A stretch of 62,673 bases of DNA, filler included, from Rhabdomonas costata (Eukaryota): NCBI GenBank assembly GCA_019059605.1. It is 41 parts of 41 records of this genome, joined end to end, with 100 filler letters (N's around TTAATTAATTAA, not from the genome) between each part and the next. Parts side by side here need not be neighbours in the genome. Positions count along the whole stretch, not along the records: positions 61,244 to 62,673 come from JAHMHO010016153.1; 40 more parts are not named here. One strand, given 5' to 3'. The notes below the pieces were generated by a model. That model had not been told where the DNA came from. It ran no database searches and saw only the letters and a program-made list of their open reading frames with translations. The position numbers and the translations under genes were made by a program. Numbering within the stretch: the stretch's first letter is position 1; each line of letters starts with the position of its first letter. Shown here one piece after another: positions 61,440 through 62,673 of the stretch.

Positions 61440-61904
61440 GTGGACCAAGAAGTGTGCCAAGCTCTGGGATTCTCGTCAGTCGAAACGGGGGTTTGCACAC
61501 TGCGCCCCTGTTGTCTAATGTGCAATGGCAGCAGTTGGGTGGCAGCACGTGGTGATGGTCCCGCTGGGGTCCGCTGGGGTCTGAACCGCGCCGAACGATT
61601 TTCCATTCGACGCTTGGCGCCGACCTTCAACGTACAGTATGTTTTGTGGTTTCGCCGGGGCCCATCCCTTCCCATTTGCTTTCGTCGTGGTGGTCGGATG
61701 ATGCCATGACCGTTGCTTCGCGTGTGCTTCCAACAGCTGCTCGATTTTGCCCGTCACTCTTTCCTCTGCGCTCCTCTCCTAGGATCCCTTTTTTCCTTGA
61801 CCAGTGCCCTGCTTAAGCGTATTACGCATTTTCACGTCCGTGGTCAAACAGCTACCCCACCTCCAACCACTCATTTCCACAACCCAGGCGTTTGGAGCGA
61901 CGAA
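61440..61904 (+). mobile_element. Dispersed copy of the GIY-YIG repeat, degenerate
   Basis: Clear nucleotide similarity to the reverse complement of both 41369-41510 and 42330-42680, which are contiguous here. Confidence 0.8.
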
Positions 61905-62673
61905 TCGGGTCAATACCTTTCTCATTACCCTCCCCAGCAGTTCACTAGTCTCAGTCTTAATCTCTCACATAAATTAGAAAATGCACTCAGAGTGGTAGGT
62001 GGGTGGGAATGGGAAGTTATCATCCTGTTGTGCCGGTCAATATTGAGACAGTTTTTACAAAGAAAACTAAGAGATTACAATTTGTAATTTTTCAAGTATT
62101 TTGCAGGCCAAAAATCCGGTTTTGGAGAAAGCCCATTTGATTCTGCAAAAAGCCGTACGAAGGAAACAAGTCAAGACGGCAGAAAAGTGCTTTTCGACTC
62201 AATTTTTGGTCTTATAAGCAATACCACAATATCATTCGACTGCCCTTGTTGTAGGTTGTTGCACTTGGCCAGCTTGTTTAGAGTTTAATTTTTGTGACAA
62301 TCTTACGTATGTGAGCAGAACCATTCCTAAAAGCCTTATCAACATCTCGAAACCTTTTTTCAACTCATCAATTTCAAACTGGGAAAGTTCAAATTGAGAA
62401 GTATGATCAGAACGGAATTGGCTCCTCAGTTATTCTTTCCCAACAAACTCCGTAATATATGTATACAACCCCAGACAAAAGCAGGATTCCCAAATTTCGT
62501 TTTTATTGTGCACCACTCTACCACAGGCAGCTCCTGAGCCTCTGAGGGGGGGGCACCCATCAGAAAACCTGAAAAAGAACCAAGTGTAGTTCTTGTGCGT
62601 GTGTGCATGCGTGGCCCCGCAAAGCGCAAGGAGGGAAAACGTGTCAGAAAACGCGTGTTTCCCTGCGCCCAAA

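Noticed and set aside
1-62673. Operon-like or synteny-based system formed by neighbouring genes across the window
   Set aside because: Contigs appear to be ordered only by length, so adjacency across spacers has no biological meaning.

Overview
This is not continuous genome. It is 41 short contigs (about 1.43 kb each) joined by artificial N-TTAATTAATTAA-N spacers. Contig ends carry G/T-only or C/A-only tails, a recurring primer remnant and fold-back hairpins, typical of a whole-genome-amplified (probably single-cell) library. Most contigs are fragments of an intron-rich (mainly GT-AG) eukaryote, inferred to be a euglenid from Euglena-type calmodulin signatures and a Euglena-type receptor-cyclase ectodomain. 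Recognisable host genes include HtrA protease, START and USP domain proteins, receptor adenylate cyclase pieces, dynein heavy chain, DnaJ, PHYHD1-like dioxygenase, F-box protein, sterol glucosyltransferase, cyclin, a PstS-like receptor and a family-16 methyltransferase. Mobile DNA includes a Ty3/Gypsy integrase, an IS630/Tc1 transposase, a GIY-YIG repeat family and an AT-rich Polinton/PLV-like polymerase relic. The most unusual observations are: (1) a near-complete intronless calmodulin inserted in frame in a VWA5/PARP4-like protein; (2) a 1,297-bp unit whose four exons splice into an endless in-frame DA1-like metallopeptidase repeat; (3) a Polinton-like relic joined to host-like DNA; (4) a Rickettsiales-like ftsI fragment joined to host intron/exon DNA; (5) a gustatory/odorant-receptor-like 7TM ion channel C-terminus. 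All family assignments come from motif recognition by eye; no searches were run.
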